NCBI GenBank assembly: GCA_965214095.1
Contig: OZ243938.1
Coordinates: forward strand, 1,216,001-1,280,000
Source: Candidatus Poribacteria bacterium
Lineage (GTDB): Bacteria; Poribacteria; WGA-4E; WGA-3G
Direction: 5' to 3'
DNA: 64,000 nt
A program made the position numbers and the translations under genes. Positions 30,361 to 41,138 of the stretch are shown one piece after another; position 1 is the stretch's first letter; every line of letters begins with the position of its first letter. Under the pieces are notes generated by a model that was given only the letters and a program-made list of their open reading frames with translations, made no database searches and was not told where the DNA came from.

Positions 30361-31407
30361 ATGAGTTACCAAAGAGACTTTGAAAATAGACTTAATGTGG
30401 CAGTCGTTGGTGTTGGTTCTCACGGTTATAGGAATGTCTTACCAACAATGACCTTTCTCCCAGTTCGGTTGAAAGCATTTTGTGATGTTAACATTGATCG
30501 TGCCAAAATAACTGCAGAACAGTATGGTGTGCCACGGTGTTATGCCGACATGTCAGAGATGTTCAGGAATGAGGAATTGGATGCAATTTTCCTGTGTGTT
30601 CCACCACGTCTACATCCTGAACTGACGTGTCAGGCATTAGATGCTGGTCTTCATGTCTGGTTAGAAAAACCACCAGGGATGTTTGCTCGTGAAGTTGAGG
30701 AGATGATACGGCACAGAAAAGACCGTGTCGCCGTTGTGGGATTCAAGAAAGCGTTCATGCCTGCAACTCAGAAAATCATTGAAATCTTTGATTCAGAAGA
30801 CTACGGTCCATTACGAACATTATTCGGTATCTATCCAATGACCATTCCAAATGACGGTGAACGCATTCTTCGCGATGGAGAACATACCAATTGGCTTCAA
30901 AATGGTGTGCATCCGTTGTCACTATTATTAGCAATCGGTGGTAAGGTTTCAGCTGTCACAGTGCATCGTGGTAAACGAGGTGGTGGCGTTTGTGTTTTAC
31001 ATTTTGCTAACGGCGCACTCGGGAATTTTCATCTTGCAGATGGGGCAAGACACGGACAACCCTCCGAACTTTACCAGTTTTTCGGTGATGGTTGTCATGC
31101 TGAAATTCGCAACGGAACACAGATTATTCTCCAACGCGGTATGCGATTCGATTACACCGGAAGTACAAGTTTCGTGGCAGAAGGTTTTGACAGTGGGGCA
31201 ATTGTCTGGGAACCACAGAACAGTCTCGGCACACTTGAAAATAAAGGACTCTTTATCCAAGGTTTCTACCAAGAAATGCGATATTTCTGTGATTGTATAC
31301 TGGAGGGAAAACCCGCAGTGAAAGGATCGCTCGAGTTTGCATTAGAGGTTATGAAGGTGTATGAAGCGGGGCTGCGTTCAGACGGTGATACGGTTATTGT
31401 TACATAA
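30361..31407 (+). CDS. Gfo/Idh/MocA oxidoreductase
   Basis: [14 protein letters not shown] motifs. Confidence 0.88.
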   Translation: MSYQRDFENRLNVAVVGVGSHGYRNVLPTMTFLPVRLKAFCDVNIDRAKITAEQYGVPRCYADMSEMFRNEELDAIFLCVPPRLHPELTCQALDAGLHVWLEKPPGMFAREVEEMIRHRKDRVAVVGFKKAFMPATQKIIEIFDSEDYGPLRTLFGIYPMTIPNDGERILRDGEHTNWLQNGVHPLSLLLAIGGKVSAVTVHRGKRGGGVCVLHFANGALGNFHLADGARHGQPSELYQFFGDGCHAEIRNGTQIILQRGMRFDYTGSTSFVAEGFDSGAIVWEPQNSLGTLENKGLFIQGFYQEMRYFCDCILEGKPAVKGSLEFALEVMKVYEAGLRSDGDTVIVT

Positions 31408-31522
31408 TGTGCATTATGTCAATAAAGATCAAATAGACGCAGAAGTTACAGAAGTTCTTGATACAATCTTAGAAGTTGCAAACAAAGCAAAACCCTTGAG
31501 CAGTTTGTAGATCGGAGGAAAA

Positions 31523-32542
31523 GTGGAATACAGAAGATTAGGAAATAGTGGGCTAAAAGTATCTGAAATCTGTTTAGGTACTATGACCTTTGGGCACGGA
31601 GCAGATGAAACGGAATCCATACGTATGGTACATCTGGCTTTGGATGCAGGTGTTAACTTCTTTGATACTGCCAATTCGTACGGAGAAGGCGAATCAGAGA
31701 AAATACTCGGAAAAGCTCTCAAAGGCAGACGACGTGATGCAGTCGTAGCAACCAAGTTCTTTAATCCGATGGGGAAAGGTCCAAATGATTCTGGGATGTC
31801 TCGCGTGCACATCATGCAAGCAATAGACGACAGTCTTAAACGACTTCAGATGGAATATGTAGACATCTATTATATCCACCACGTTGACACACAAACACCA
31901 TTAGAGGAGATGCTCCGTGCATTAGATGACCTTGTTCATCAAGGGAAAGTCCGTTACACAGCATGCAGCAACTACCAAGCATGGCGATTATCCGATGCTT
32001 TGTGGCTTAGTGATATACACAATCTAACAAGGTTTACTTGTTATCAACCATTATATAATCTTGTTGTGCGTGACATTGAACAAGAATTAGTTCCTCTCTG
32101 CGAAAATAAAGGGTTAGGAATTGTCGTATGGAGTCCATTAGCAGGCGGGTTTCTCTCTGGTAAATATAAACCGGGTGAGAGACAACAATCTGGATCAAGG
32201 TCAGAAGAAGGATGGGCGTTCCCACAACGCTATTTCGCTGAAAATACAGACGAAACCTTACAAACGCTTATTGATGTTGCAGATGAATTGGGATATAGTC
32301 CCGCACAGGTTACGCTACGTTGGACACTTCAACAACGTGCAATCACCTCAGCAATAGTCGGTGCACGACACACACAGCATTTGCAGGATAATCTCGGTGC
32401 AGTAGGATGGAAATTAGAAGGTAAAGCACTGGAGAGGCTGAATGAAATCTCTCATCTGCCTGATCGATATCCGGAGGCTATGGAAAAAAATATGCATGAA
32501 CGTCGCGATGCCGCAGTTGATATGCCAATTCGGTTGTTTTGA
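31523..32542 (+). CDS. Aldo/keto reductase
   Basis: LGNSGLKVSEICLGTM, FDTANSY, ATK, WSPLAGG; GTG start after GGAGG. Confidence 0.93.
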   Translation: MEYRRLGNSGLKVSEICLGTMTFGHGADETESIRMVHLALDAGVNFFDTANSYGEGESEKILGKALKGRRRDAVVATKFFNPMGKGPNDSGMSRVHIMQAIDDSLKRLQMEYVDIYYIHHVDTQTPLEEMLRALDDLVHQGKVRYTACSNYQAWRLSDALWLSDIHNLTRFTCYQPLYNLVVRDIEQELVPLCENKGLGIVVWSPLAGGFLSGKYKPGERQQSGSRSEEGWAFPQRYFAENTDETLQTLIDVADELGYSPAQVTLRWTLQQRAITSAIVGARHTQHLQDNLGAVGWKLEGKALERLNEISHLPDRYPEAMEKNMHERRDAAVDMPIRLF

Positions 32543-32775
32543 TACGAAATCAAATGAAGATAAAGGTCTTACACACTTATAGGTAGATTGAAAAAGGCGA
32601 ACTTTTCACAAAAAAAATTGACTAAATTACGATAGGACTTAGGTAAGTCATATTTAACGAAAACACAACAATTTATGTAAAATACACCATTTAATCGATG
32701 TGTGTATAGAATCTATGAGGATGCTATATGTCCGATTAGCTGCATAAATTCGTTCAATTCAGAGGAGGAATTCCG

Positions 32776-33322
32776 ATGGAGAAGTGGAAAGTTATTGCAA
32801 TTGTGGGTGTGGTTGTACTTGTTGTAGGCACTGCTGTTGTCATTGGTAGTATGGTAATTACATCTAAATAAAGAAGCAGGCTTCCATATACGTAACCAAG
32901 CGGAATTCATGGAAACTTTGGAAGAATCAAGCCAGACATTTACAAATATGATTTTAGGTATTGCTGTTGTTTCTTTACTTGTGGGTGGTATTGGAATTAT
33001 GAATATCATGTTGGTCTCGGTTACAGAACGGACTAAAGAGATCGGTCTTCGCAAAGCTGTTGGGGCACAACGTTTAGATATCCTTGCCCAATTCCTTGTT
33101 GAATCTACAACATTGGCATTGATTGGAGGAATTGTCGGTGTCGGTTTTGGTATAGTTGGTGCTGAAATGGTACCATCGCTTTGGGGGTGGCGTACAGTTA
33201 TTTCACCCATTTACGGAGTGCTTTCTTTCATAGTAAGTGCACTTGTCGGTATATTCTTTGGTGCGTATCCTGCTTGGAAAGCAGCCAAACTTCATCCGAT
33301 TGATGCCTTGCGACATGAATAA
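32776..33322 (+). pseudogene. Deletion remnant of a MacAB-type efflux operon (31-codon N-terminal TM stub + C-terminal FtsX domain of a MacB-like permease)
   Basis: GAGGAGG RBS then MEKWKVIAIVG...TSK* (32776-32871); overlapping frame continues NQAEFM...GGIGIMNIMLVSVTERTKEIG...PIDALRHE. Confidence 0.75.
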
Positions 33323-33362
33323 CATGCTCATAGAATTAGAACTATGAGAATTAAACATTTAT

Positions 33363-33532
33363 TATAGTAAAAACCTTAATATTACACACGACGGTAGGTT
33401 CGGTTTCCTTAATATTTACACACGACGGTAGGTTCGGTTTCCTAACCGAACCAGTGTTTGTTCAGTCTCATAGATGCGGTTAGGAAACCGCATCTACCGC
33501 GGAGTGTGCACGTGTTTTTACATTTCACTATA
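33363..33532. mobile_element. MITE/REPIN-like element with an inverted REP pair and an internal ~33-bp duplication
   Basis: TATAGTAAAA...TTTCACTATA ends; GTAGGTTCGGTTTCCTAACCGAACC / GATGCGGTTAGGAAACCGCATCTAC. Confidence 0.72.
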
Positions 33533-33555
33533 AATCCTATTGAGGAGGGATTGAC

Positions 33556-34272
33556 ATGTCACAAACTGCAGTGATTGCAGGAGTAGGTCCAGGTTTAGGT
33601 GCAGCTATTGCCCGTAAATTTGCTAACGAAGGATGCCACCTTGCACTACTTTCACGTTCATCACCCTACATTATCAATCTATCAAACAGATTGGAAGAAG
33701 AGGGCATATCTGTCCTTCCAATCCCAACAGATATAACGGATGCTACACAAGTTGAAGCAAGTTTTGACCAAATCCGAGACGAATTTGGAGCACCGGATAT
33801 CTTGGTAAATCATGCTGGAAATGCAGCGTGGGGAAACCTGTCAGAACTTACACCAGATGCATTTGAAAGTGCATGGCGTGTTTGCACGCTCGGCGCGTTT
33901 CACTGTATTAAGCAGGTTGTTCCAGATATGCTTGAAAAAAAAAGTGGAACAATCCTATTTTCTGGGGCAACATCTGCTGTGCGTGGGAGAGCAGGGGCAA
34001 TTGCATTTAGCAGTGCAAAATACGCTATGCGCGGATTGGCTTCTTCACTTGCTCGAGAAGTTGGTCCACAAGGTATTCATGTTGCACACATTATCATTGA
34101 TGGTGTTATCAACACACCTAATCTACGAGAACGGTATCAAGTAAAAGAAGGAGACCCTTTACTTGAACCTGATGCCATCGCAGACACATATTGGGCACTC
34201 ATTCAACAGGAAAGAAGTGCATGGAGTTTTGAGGTAGATGTCCGTCCATACAACGAGGAATTCTTCACATAA
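33556..34272 (+). CDS. Short-chain dehydrogenase/reductase
   Basis: GVGPGLG, NHAG, SGATSA; FSSAK at the YxxxK position. Confidence 0.9.
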   Translation: MSQTAVIAGVGPGLGAAIARKFANEGCHLALLSRSSPYIINLSNRLEEEGISVLPIPTDITDATQVEASFDQIRDEFGAPDILVNHAGNAAWGNLSELTPDAFESAWRVCTLGAFHCIKQVVPDMLEKKSGTILFSGATSAVRGRAGAIAFSSAKYAMRGLASSLAREVGPQGIHVAHIIIDGVINTPNLRERYQVKEGDPLLEPDAIADTYWALIQQERSAWSFEVDVRPYNEEFFT

Positions 34273-34321
34273 CAGGTAATCTTAATGTGTGATGTAAATT
34301 ATTGATACTCAAAAGGAGGAA

Positions 34322-35425
34322 ATGATGATCAGAATTAATAAGATACTAACCTTCATATTAATCGGTTTTACGGTTCTGTTTATACAAACAGTTGTTGAAG
34401 GAAAATGGACTGTCCTACGAGAAGACGATATTATTCGTGGTGATGGCATTCAAGGAATGTTACATGATGTGCATTTTTTTGATCAAGAGAACGGTTTGGT
34501 AGTAGGTGATAACGGATTAATGCTAACTACAGACGATGGTGGCAAAACGTGGAAGAAAATAGAAGCCAACACCAGACCACAAGGAACTACTCCCGGACAA
34601 AGACCGGGTCGTCCTGGAGGAGCTGGCGGCGGTCCACCCGCAGGATTTGGTGGTGGCGGCATACCGACTCTCTATAATATCTATTTTGTCAATGAAAACA
34701 TTGGTTACATCACTGGGGCAAGAGGAACTATCCTAAAAACAGATGATAGTGGAAAAACTTGGAACAGAAAAGTCGCAAGAAATGAGAACGCAAGACCGAA
34801 TCCTAACCGACGTGGTGGCGGAATACGTGCAAACCTGATGGGAATACAGATGATTAGCGATACAGTCGGTTTCATCGCTGGTTCAGAAAACACTATCCTC
34901 AAGACAACTGATGGTGGAGAGACCTGGTTAGGTAGTTCTGAACGCGCACGGGTCGGCGAAACTCGTAATAATTTAGAAAATATTTGGTTTGTTACTCCTA
35001 CAACAGGGTGGGTGATCGGTTCTTATGGAACACTATTACACACAACTGATAGTGGGGAAACTTGGAAAAAACTGGACCCTGGGGTGGATAACAACCTTTT
35101 TGGTATCCATTTTGTCAATGAAACAACTGGGTGGATTAGTGGACAGGAAGGCTTAATCCTGCACACCAGTGATGGTGGCAAAACATGGAATGAGCAAGAA
35201 ACAGACTCTTTTGACAATTTACATGATATTATGTTTGTTGATGAAACAGTCGGTTGGGCAGCGGGAGATTTCGGTTCAGTCCTTCATACCAACGATGGTG
35301 GGAAAACATGGAAAGCTACAAAAGCTGGAGGGAGTGGCACCATCAAAGGCTTATTCGCAACTGATAAAGACCATTGCTGGACAGTGGACGACTGGGGTGT
35401 TATCTCAGCATACAAAGGAAAATAA
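34322..35425 (+). CDS. Secreted YCF48-like BNR-repeat beta-propeller
   Basis: Repeated TxDGGxTW Asp-boxes; signal peptide. Confidence 0.88.
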   Translation: MMIRINKILTFILIGFTVLFIQTVVEGKWTVLREDDIIRGDGIQGMLHDVHFFDQENGLVVGDNGLMLTTDDGGKTWKKIEANTRPQGTTPGQRPGRPGGAGGGPPAGFGGGGIPTLYNIYFVNENIGYITGARGTILKTDDSGKTWNRKVARNENARPNPNRRGGGIRANLMGIQMISDTVGFIAGSENTILKTTDGGETWLGSSERARVGETRNNLENIWFVTPTTGWVIGSYGTLLHTTDSGETWKKLDPGVDNNLFGIHFVNETTGWISGQEGLILHTSDGGKTWNEQETDSFDNLHDIMFVDETVGWAAGDFGSVLHTNDGGKTWKATKAGGSGTIKGLFATDKDHCWTVDDWGVISAYKGK

Positions 35426-35452
35426 CCGTCAACTCATAATCATATCCCGTTC

Positions 35453-35485
35453 GTAGTCGCGCAATTCATTGCGCCTCTTACATTA
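35453..35485 (+). repeat. GTAG-type REP, identical 33 bp to 20172-20204
   Basis: GTAGTCGCGCAATTCATTGCGCCTCTTACATTA. Confidence 0.85.
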
Positions 35486-35504
35486 AAATTAAATAAGGAG
35501 ACAA

Positions 35505-36716
35505 ATGTCAGACCAGAATAACCATAAAGTTACTATGCTCGGTACAGGACTCATCGGCATGTTCTACACGATGACACTCCATAACCAACGAGGTGGAGAC
35601 CGTGTGCATGTCGCCTATTCACGACGTGAAGAACGCGTAAACGAATTTGCACAAGAATGGAATATCCCGAATGCAACTACCGATTTAGCTGAAGCCATAA
35701 ATCATCCAGAGACAGATGTCGTTGTCATCGGTTTACCTAACAACTTACATCTGAATGCCGTAGAACTCGCTGCCAAAGCTGGAAAAGCCATTCTCTGCAC
35801 GAAACCACTCGGACGCACAGCCGCTGAGGGTAAAGCGATGTTGGATGCGGTGGAAAACGCAGGAGTTTTTGGTGGGTATCTTGAAGATTTGGTCTATCCA
35901 CCCAAAACGCTAAAAGCATTAGAATCAGTTCAAAATGGTGCACTCGGCAAGATTCTGTGGGTTCGTTCACGTGAAACACACCCCGGTCCACATAGCGATT
36001 GGTTTTGGGATTTAGAACAGGCAGGTGGTGGTGCTATCGTTGATATGGGATGCCACTGTATTGAGATTATCCGAAATTTCGTTGGAAAGAACAATAAGCC
36101 ACTTGAGGTGATGTGTTGGGCTGATACACTTGTTCATCCTATTGATGCTGAGGATCACGGCATCGCACTTATCCGCTTTGAAAGTGGTGCGATGGGACAG
36201 TTTGAAGTAAGTTGGGCTTTCCGAGGTGGTATGGATTTGCGAGATGAAGTATCCGGTAGTGAAGGAACAATCTGGCTCAACCACTGGCTAAGAACCGGTT
36301 TTGAGATGTTCACTGCAGTAGGTCAAGGTGGTTATGTTGCAGAAAAAGCAGAGGGAGATACCGGTTGGTTATTCCCTGTCGGTGATGAAGTTGCAGAACT
36401 CGGTTATAGAGATATGTTCCTGGATATGTTCAACGCTATTGATGAAGACAGGGAACCTTTAGAAACATTCTATGACGGATATGTCGTTAATGCTATCATT
36501 GATGCTTGCTACAAATCAGCAAAGTCAAAACAGTGGGAAGCAGTCGAACTTGAAGACTGGCGCGGTGAAACCGATATTGAAGACATTCAAGCTGATCAGA
36601 AAGATGCTGATGATAAATTGGCACATCTCAAGGATGAACTGCTGCCTGATGGAAGAAAGAAACGCATCTTCAGAAACCGTGAAACTGGTGAGATTATTGA
36701 ACGGGTTGAGGAATAG
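35505..36716 (+). CDS. Gfo/Idh/MocA oxidoreductase
   Basis: [24 protein letters not shown]. Confidence 0.9.
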   Translation: MSDQNNHKVTMLGTGLIGMFYTMTLHNQRGGDRVHVAYSRREERVNEFAQEWNIPNATTDLAEAINHPETDVVVIGLPNNLHLNAVELAAKAGKAILCTKPLGRTAAEGKAMLDAVENAGVFGGYLEDLVYPPKTLKALESVQNGALGKILWVRSRETHPGPHSDWFWDLEQAGGGAIVDMGCHCIEIIRNFVGKNNKPLEVMCWADTLVHPIDAEDHGIALIRFESGAMGQFEVSWAFRGGMDLRDEVSGSEGTIWLNHWLRTGFEMFTAVGQGGYVAEKAEGDTGWLFPVGDEVAELGYRDMFLDMFNAIDEDREPLETFYDGYVVNAIIDACYKSAKSKQWEAVELEDWRGETDIEDIQADQKDADDKLAHLKDELLPDGRKKRIFRNRETGEIIERVEE

Positions 36717-36727
36717 GGTATTAGGAT

Positions 36728-37570
36728 ATGGACACAAGTTGGCTTGAATACTGCGCAACAGATGAACAACTCAACGCATTTAATGACAGCGGTTATCTCG
36801 TCGTTGAGGATGCAATTACACCTGAGATGGTAGACAAGTTAGAGGAAGTAGCAGATCGGATTGATGCAGAGGAACGCGCTAAAACTGGATTGGCATCACA
36901 CAAACTCCTATCAAAGTTCCGCACTGTCATTGACGACGACTTACTTCTGGAATTGCTTGATAACAAGAAGGTCTTTCCACTGCTCTGGGACATCTTAGGA
37001 TGGAACATACAACTATACATTTCACACCTCATCATGTATCCCCCTGAACCTGCCGAAACACCACGTGTCACCAAGGCAGCACATTGGCATCAGGACGGTG
37101 GCAGACCAATTCCTGAGATGGAAAGACCACATCCTCGACTATCACTGAAAGTCAGTTATTGGCTAAGTGATGTTGCGAATCGTGATAACGGTGCAATGCG
37201 ACTTATACCGGGTAGCCATAAACTTGACAAATTGCCGCCAAGGAACAATCCTGATGAAGACCCCGACGGAGCAATTGATTTGATTGTTAAACGCGGGACT
37301 GCAGTGCTATTTGATAGAAGAATGTGGCATTCACGTGGATGGAATTTCTCCAGTGTAACCCGAAAGGTTCTGTTTATGGGATATAGTTACCGGTGGTTGC
37401 GTGGATTGGATTACAACCTTATGCCACCAGAACTCCTTGAAAAATGTGATCCGATTCGAAGGCAGTTGTTAGGTGACGGTGTGAACATAAAAGGCTGGTG
37501 GCAACCCACTGACGCAGATGTCCCATTGAAAACTTGGATTGCAAAACATCGTGGTGAGGAATATCTTTGA
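36728..37570 (+). CDS. Phytanoyl-CoA dioxygenase (PhyH) family Fe/2OG dioxygenase
   Basis: GYLVVED, WHQD, GAMRLIPGSH, FD..WH motifs. Confidence 0.9.
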   Translation: MDTSWLEYCATDEQLNAFNDSGYLVVEDAITPEMVDKLEEVADRIDAEERAKTGLASHKLLSKFRTVIDDDLLLELLDNKKVFPLLWDILGWNIQLYISHLIMYPPEPAETPRVTKAAHWHQDGGRPIPEMERPHPRLSLKVSYWLSDVANRDNGAMRLIPGSHKLDKLPPRNNPDEDPDGAIDLIVKRGTAVLFDRRMWHSRGWNFSSVTRKVLFMGYSYRWLRGLDYNLMPPELLEKCDPIRRQLLGDGVNIKGWWQPTDADVPLKTWIAKHRGEEYL

Positions 37571-37580
37571 TGATATAGTA

Positions 37581-38645
37581 TTACAACGTGTCCTTCCCTT
37601 CTGTTAACCACGCCAAATCAAACTTTGCAAACGACAACGTCTCAGAAGCACCGCGTTCACCACGTTCATAAAGACAGCATATATTCATATCTGAATCGAT
37701 ACAGAGATCAGAATACGCAGCGGGACCTTCGTGCAGGACTTTCCCCTCGTTCCAGCTACGGCATTCATCATAACTGATACGAATTGTCATTTTCTCGCGT
37801 CCAGTACTTGCAGGATTAGAGAACAACACGCGATTCTTATCGTGTGAATTGGCATCCGTAAAACGAACCATGCTGGCTTGACATATCGGTTCAATCAAGT
37901 TATCGTCATAACCGAATTCAGTGAACGTATCCCCACCGTCTGAACTCCAAGCATAAGCACGACGTTTAGGTGCTACATAATTACGACAATTGAAATAGAG
38001 GTTGCCATCCACCGTTTCAACCACAACTGACTCGTTGGTTCCCGGTTGTGCATCCCCCGCCATACGCCATGTCTCACCATGATCATCACTAACAATTAGA
38101 TGGGAATAACCCATCTCAGCATAGTTACGACTTTGACCAAGAACATGATCACATGGAATCACCAACCTACCACTTACTAATTGAATACCGTGACAAGGTC
38201 CGGTTGCATACCATGTCCAGGTATCCAATTTCGTATCAGAAGTGATCTCTCTCGGTTCTGACCAAGTTTCGCCATCATCCGAACTGGAGGTAACCCAGAC
38301 AGTCCGTGGTGCTTCTCCAGCGATGATCTTCCCTTCACCACCATCAGCGTAGTTCTTACAAAACAGTAGCCAAATAGTTCCAGTATCTCTGTCAACAACA
38401 GGCGCGGGATTACCATCCGTATCTGCCCCAGTGGATACTGCAACTTGCAGCGGTTGCCATGTCTCTCCGTTGTCAAAACTGCGTTTCAAAACAATATCAA
38501 TATCGCCAGAATCGCCTCCACCCTTTCGTCTTCCCTCACAGAACGCTAATAATGTTCCATCTTTTGATGCAACGAGTGCTGGAATACGAAAAGTGTTATA
38601 TCCTTCTGTCCCTGACGTAAAAAGCGGACTCTCTGTTTTATACAT
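37581..38645 (-). CDS. Sialidase family (GH33) protein, no signal peptide
   Basis: FRIP motif; Asp boxes SxDxGxTW; AYSDL; YE near C-terminus. Confidence 0.9.
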   Translation of the reverse strand: MYKTESPLFTSGTEGYNTFRIPALVASKDGTLLAFCEGRRKGGGDSGDIDIVLKRSFDNGETWQPLQVAVSTGADTDGNPAPVVDRDTGTIWLLFCKNYADGGEGKIIAGEAPRTVWVTSSSDDGETWSEPREITSDTKLDTWTWYATGPCHGIQLVSGRLVIPCDHVLGQSRNYAEMGYSHLIVSDDHGETWRMAGDAQPGTNESVVVETVDGNLYFNCRNYVAPKRRAYAWSSDGGDTFTEFGYDDNLIEPICQASMVRFTDANSHDKNRVLFSNPASTGREKMTIRISYDECRSWNEGKVLHEGPAAYSDLCIDSDMNICCLYERGERGASETLSFAKFDLAWLTEGKDTL

Positions 38646-38669
38646 CTAATACCTCTTTATGTTACAAAG

Positions 38670-38788
38670 TATAGTAAAGTTTAGAATTAAGAAGACATTT
38701 CAATGCGCTTGCAAGTACTACAAGTCCCATAGGGGCGAGGTTTCCTCGCCCTCTGAGATGTGTCCTATTAACTGTAAATTCCACTGTA
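38670..38788 (+). mobile_element. 119-bp MITE-like element carrying REP (A/G)TAGGGGCGAGG..CTCGCCC
   Basis: IRs TATAGTAAAGTTTAGAATTAA / TTAACTGTAAATTCCACTGTA; about 10 differences from the copy at 48272-48390. Confidence 0.85.
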
Positions 38789-38802
38789 TATTTTACAATT
38801 GA

Positions 38803-39522
38803 CTATTTCACACTTTTCAATTTTCCCCAAGTAGTTGCCAATTTCCCTGCGGGTTGCACAGGAGCAGGATCGTCAAGCACTAATTCATCAGCTTCTTTCT
38901 GATGATCCGAGATCCGAAGACCATCAACGACACAATTCGTTGGGAATTTGGGGTCCGGTGGCGATGCGTTATTAATTTCAAATGTTTCTGCAAATACAGT
39001 TGGACCTTTATCTGATGGGTCCTCTCCTGCCAATTCACCATCAAGGTAGAGTTTCAGTCCATCTGGACCCCAAGTCCCTGCCATGTGGTGATGTTCACCC
39101 TTTTTCCACTGGAGGGGTTCACTATCAGCATTGATCCATGCGTTAGCACTTTTGATCCGCATCTGTGCAATACCACCATTGTTGAACTGTAGAAATATAG
39201 CGTCAGTACCGCGTTTGTAAGTCATAAAGGTAAAGAGTTCACCGGTGATAGTGCTGGTATCCATTCCCATTGTTACCCATAACTCTATTGTGCCTTCTTC
39301 AAGGTTGACAAAGCGGTCTTCTACCGGAAAGTGGATGACATCCCCTACTTCTTCACTTAAAAATCCGTTACCAAATTTACCTGGAACAAAACTACCACCA
39401 TCTACAGTACCACCCGCTTCTTCAACTTCCGCTTGACTTTCAAGCGCAGAGAAGAATGTCTCTTCAGCTGAGACAAGGGAACAACACAGCAACATTATTG
39501 TTATTATGTACAAAGTTTTCAT
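38803..39522 (-). CDS. Secreted LamG-like protein with C-terminal KLATTWG motif
   Basis: Signal peptide; GKFGNG, HHMAGTW, LYLDG, DGLRIS; ends VQPAGKLATTWGKLK. Confidence 0.82.
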   Translation of the reverse strand: MKTLYIITIMLLCCSLVSAEETFFSALESQAEVEEAGGTVDGGSFVPGKFGNGFLSEEVGDVIHFPVEDRFVNLEEGTIELWVTMGMDTSTITGELFTFMTYKRGTDAIFLQFNNGGIAQMRIKSANAWINADSEPLQWKKGEHHHMAGTWGPDGLKLYLDGELAGEDPSDKGPTVFAETFEINNASPPDPKFPTNCVVDGLRISDHQKEADELVLDDPAPVQPAGKLATTWGKLKSVK

Positions 39523-39636
39523 GAATTTCTCCTTATTTTATTATTGTTTGGGTGTCAATATGAACACTTATTGTGGTTATATCTATTGTAAAGCATACAC
39601 ATTTCAAAATCAACTTACATTTAGGTTTGCATCAGT

Positions 39637-41112
39637 TCACTCAGTTGACAGCACACAGTTATTCTCAAAAATTGGACATAAATCACAGAGCTGATCAACA
39701 CAGTAGTTCTTATATAGTCGAATTATTCCTTGCTGGGTTTTCGCTGTAGGTTTAATCATACGCATCGGCTGTGCTTCGTTGAAAACCTGTTTACCTACCT
39801 GACGAATAATACTATTTTCCTGCATTTTTGTAAAGTCACTATAAAGTGATAGAATAGCATCCTGTAACTGTTTACTCTCCGATTCCACTGCCCATATATA
39901 CGCAACTGGCAAGATTTTATTGACTAAGATGTCCACTGCTCTATCCGACCCAATGAGTTTTGCATTCTTGGTGCCACCTTTGCCAAAATTGGAATGTGTT
40001 TCCCAGTAACCTGTCGGTTCAAGTATTAACAGATCAAGAAGATTGTTTCTGATATTACGCAACATACTGGAAGTGTCAATATCCCCCGCCATTTCACATG
40101 TGGGGAGAAAATACATCATCAAACTTCCTTTGCACTGAAAAATCAATTGACTCATCGCTACGATACGTCTGACAGGATGATTATTTGGGCGAATCCGACC
40201 AAATCGCCATTTTGTTCCTACCATACATTCTGTTCGTTTAGCATGTTCTGATACTTCCCATAATTTCTCTAACGCTACGATATACGGATTTTCTGTTTCA
40301 TTCGCAGGCAAAGGTTTTTCTAATTGAGAAGGCAACAAACCAGCAACCCCAAACAGTATGGCTTGTATCTCATGTTCTGATTTGTGATCAAATTCAGAAA
40401 AAGGTACTCGTTGTGCTAACTCACGTAAGGGTTTGCTATTTTGCGAATATCCCAATGCTTCCATTATCCCTTCATAGAGGATTTGCTCAAAATTCAGGCG
40501 CGTTCTCAAAAGGCGGATAGCATCTGTTTTCTCTAAAAATCGCTCTGTTCCTAACGTGTCAAACACATCTTTCAGATTGTCTAAATTCAATCGGTTTCCA
40601 GTAACTCTACAAAAATTGTTGGCATCCTCCTCTGATTGAGTTGTCTCATCATATAGGTCCCCAATTGGAGCATCTATCCATTTGAGGAGTTCCAACGTTG
40701 AAATCCGTTTTCCATTCTGAAGACGCGTGCGAAGATTGAAGTCATCACCATATAGAACAACATGCAGGACAACCCGATTATATCTTGAATTCAGATGGTG
40801 TTTATGTGCATACCATTCTGACGATTTGACATGGATTTCAATATCGCCAACAAGTAGTTTACCATTGATTTCTATCTCTGCGTGCAAAAAATCGGGCCCC
40901 TCTTCTTTATTCCAAACACCCGGTTTTAGTACACGAATCTCTTTGCCATCTATTGAAATGAGATTTGTATTGAAAAAACGTTGTCCATGCCACAATTTCT
41001 GGACGAATTCTTCTTTTATCTTGTCAAAATCTGGTTCATAAACATGATCTACCTCTCTGTACTGCTTTGTTGAAAATGCATCTGTTTTGTAATCATAATT
41101 TGTTCCCTTCAT
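39637..41112 (-). CDS. DUF2851 family protein
   Basis: PG.WN..GPDF..A.I......GDIEIH....W..H.H...Y..V.LHV; LFGVAGLL; RP.N.P..R; C-terminal Cys cluster. Confidence 0.85.
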   Translation of the reverse strand: MKGTNYDYKTDAFSTKQYREVDHVYEPDFDKIKEEFVQKLWHGQRFFNTNLISIDGKEIRVLKPGVWNKEEGPDFLHAEIEINGKLLVGDIEIHVKSSEWYAHKHHLNSRYNRVVLHVVLYGDDFNLRTRLQNGKRISTLELLKWIDAPIGDLYDETTQSEEDANNFCRVTGNRLNLDNLKDVFDTLGTERFLEKTDAIRLLRTRLNFEQILYEGIMEALGYSQNSKPLRELAQRVPFSEFDHKSEHEIQAILFGVAGLLPSQLEKPLPANETENPYIVALEKLWEVSEHAKRTECMVGTKWRFGRIRPNNHPVRRIVAMSQLIFQCKGSLMMYFLPTCEMAGDIDTSSMLRNIRNNLLDLLILEPTGYWETHSNFGKGGTKNAKLIGSDRAVDILVNKILPVAYIWAVESESKQLQDAILSLYSDFTKMQENSIIRQVGKQVFNEAQPMRMIKPTAKTQQGIIRLYKNYCVDQLCDLCPIFENNCVLSTE

Positions 41113-41138
41113 GTTTGTTTTTTACTCCGTAAACTATT

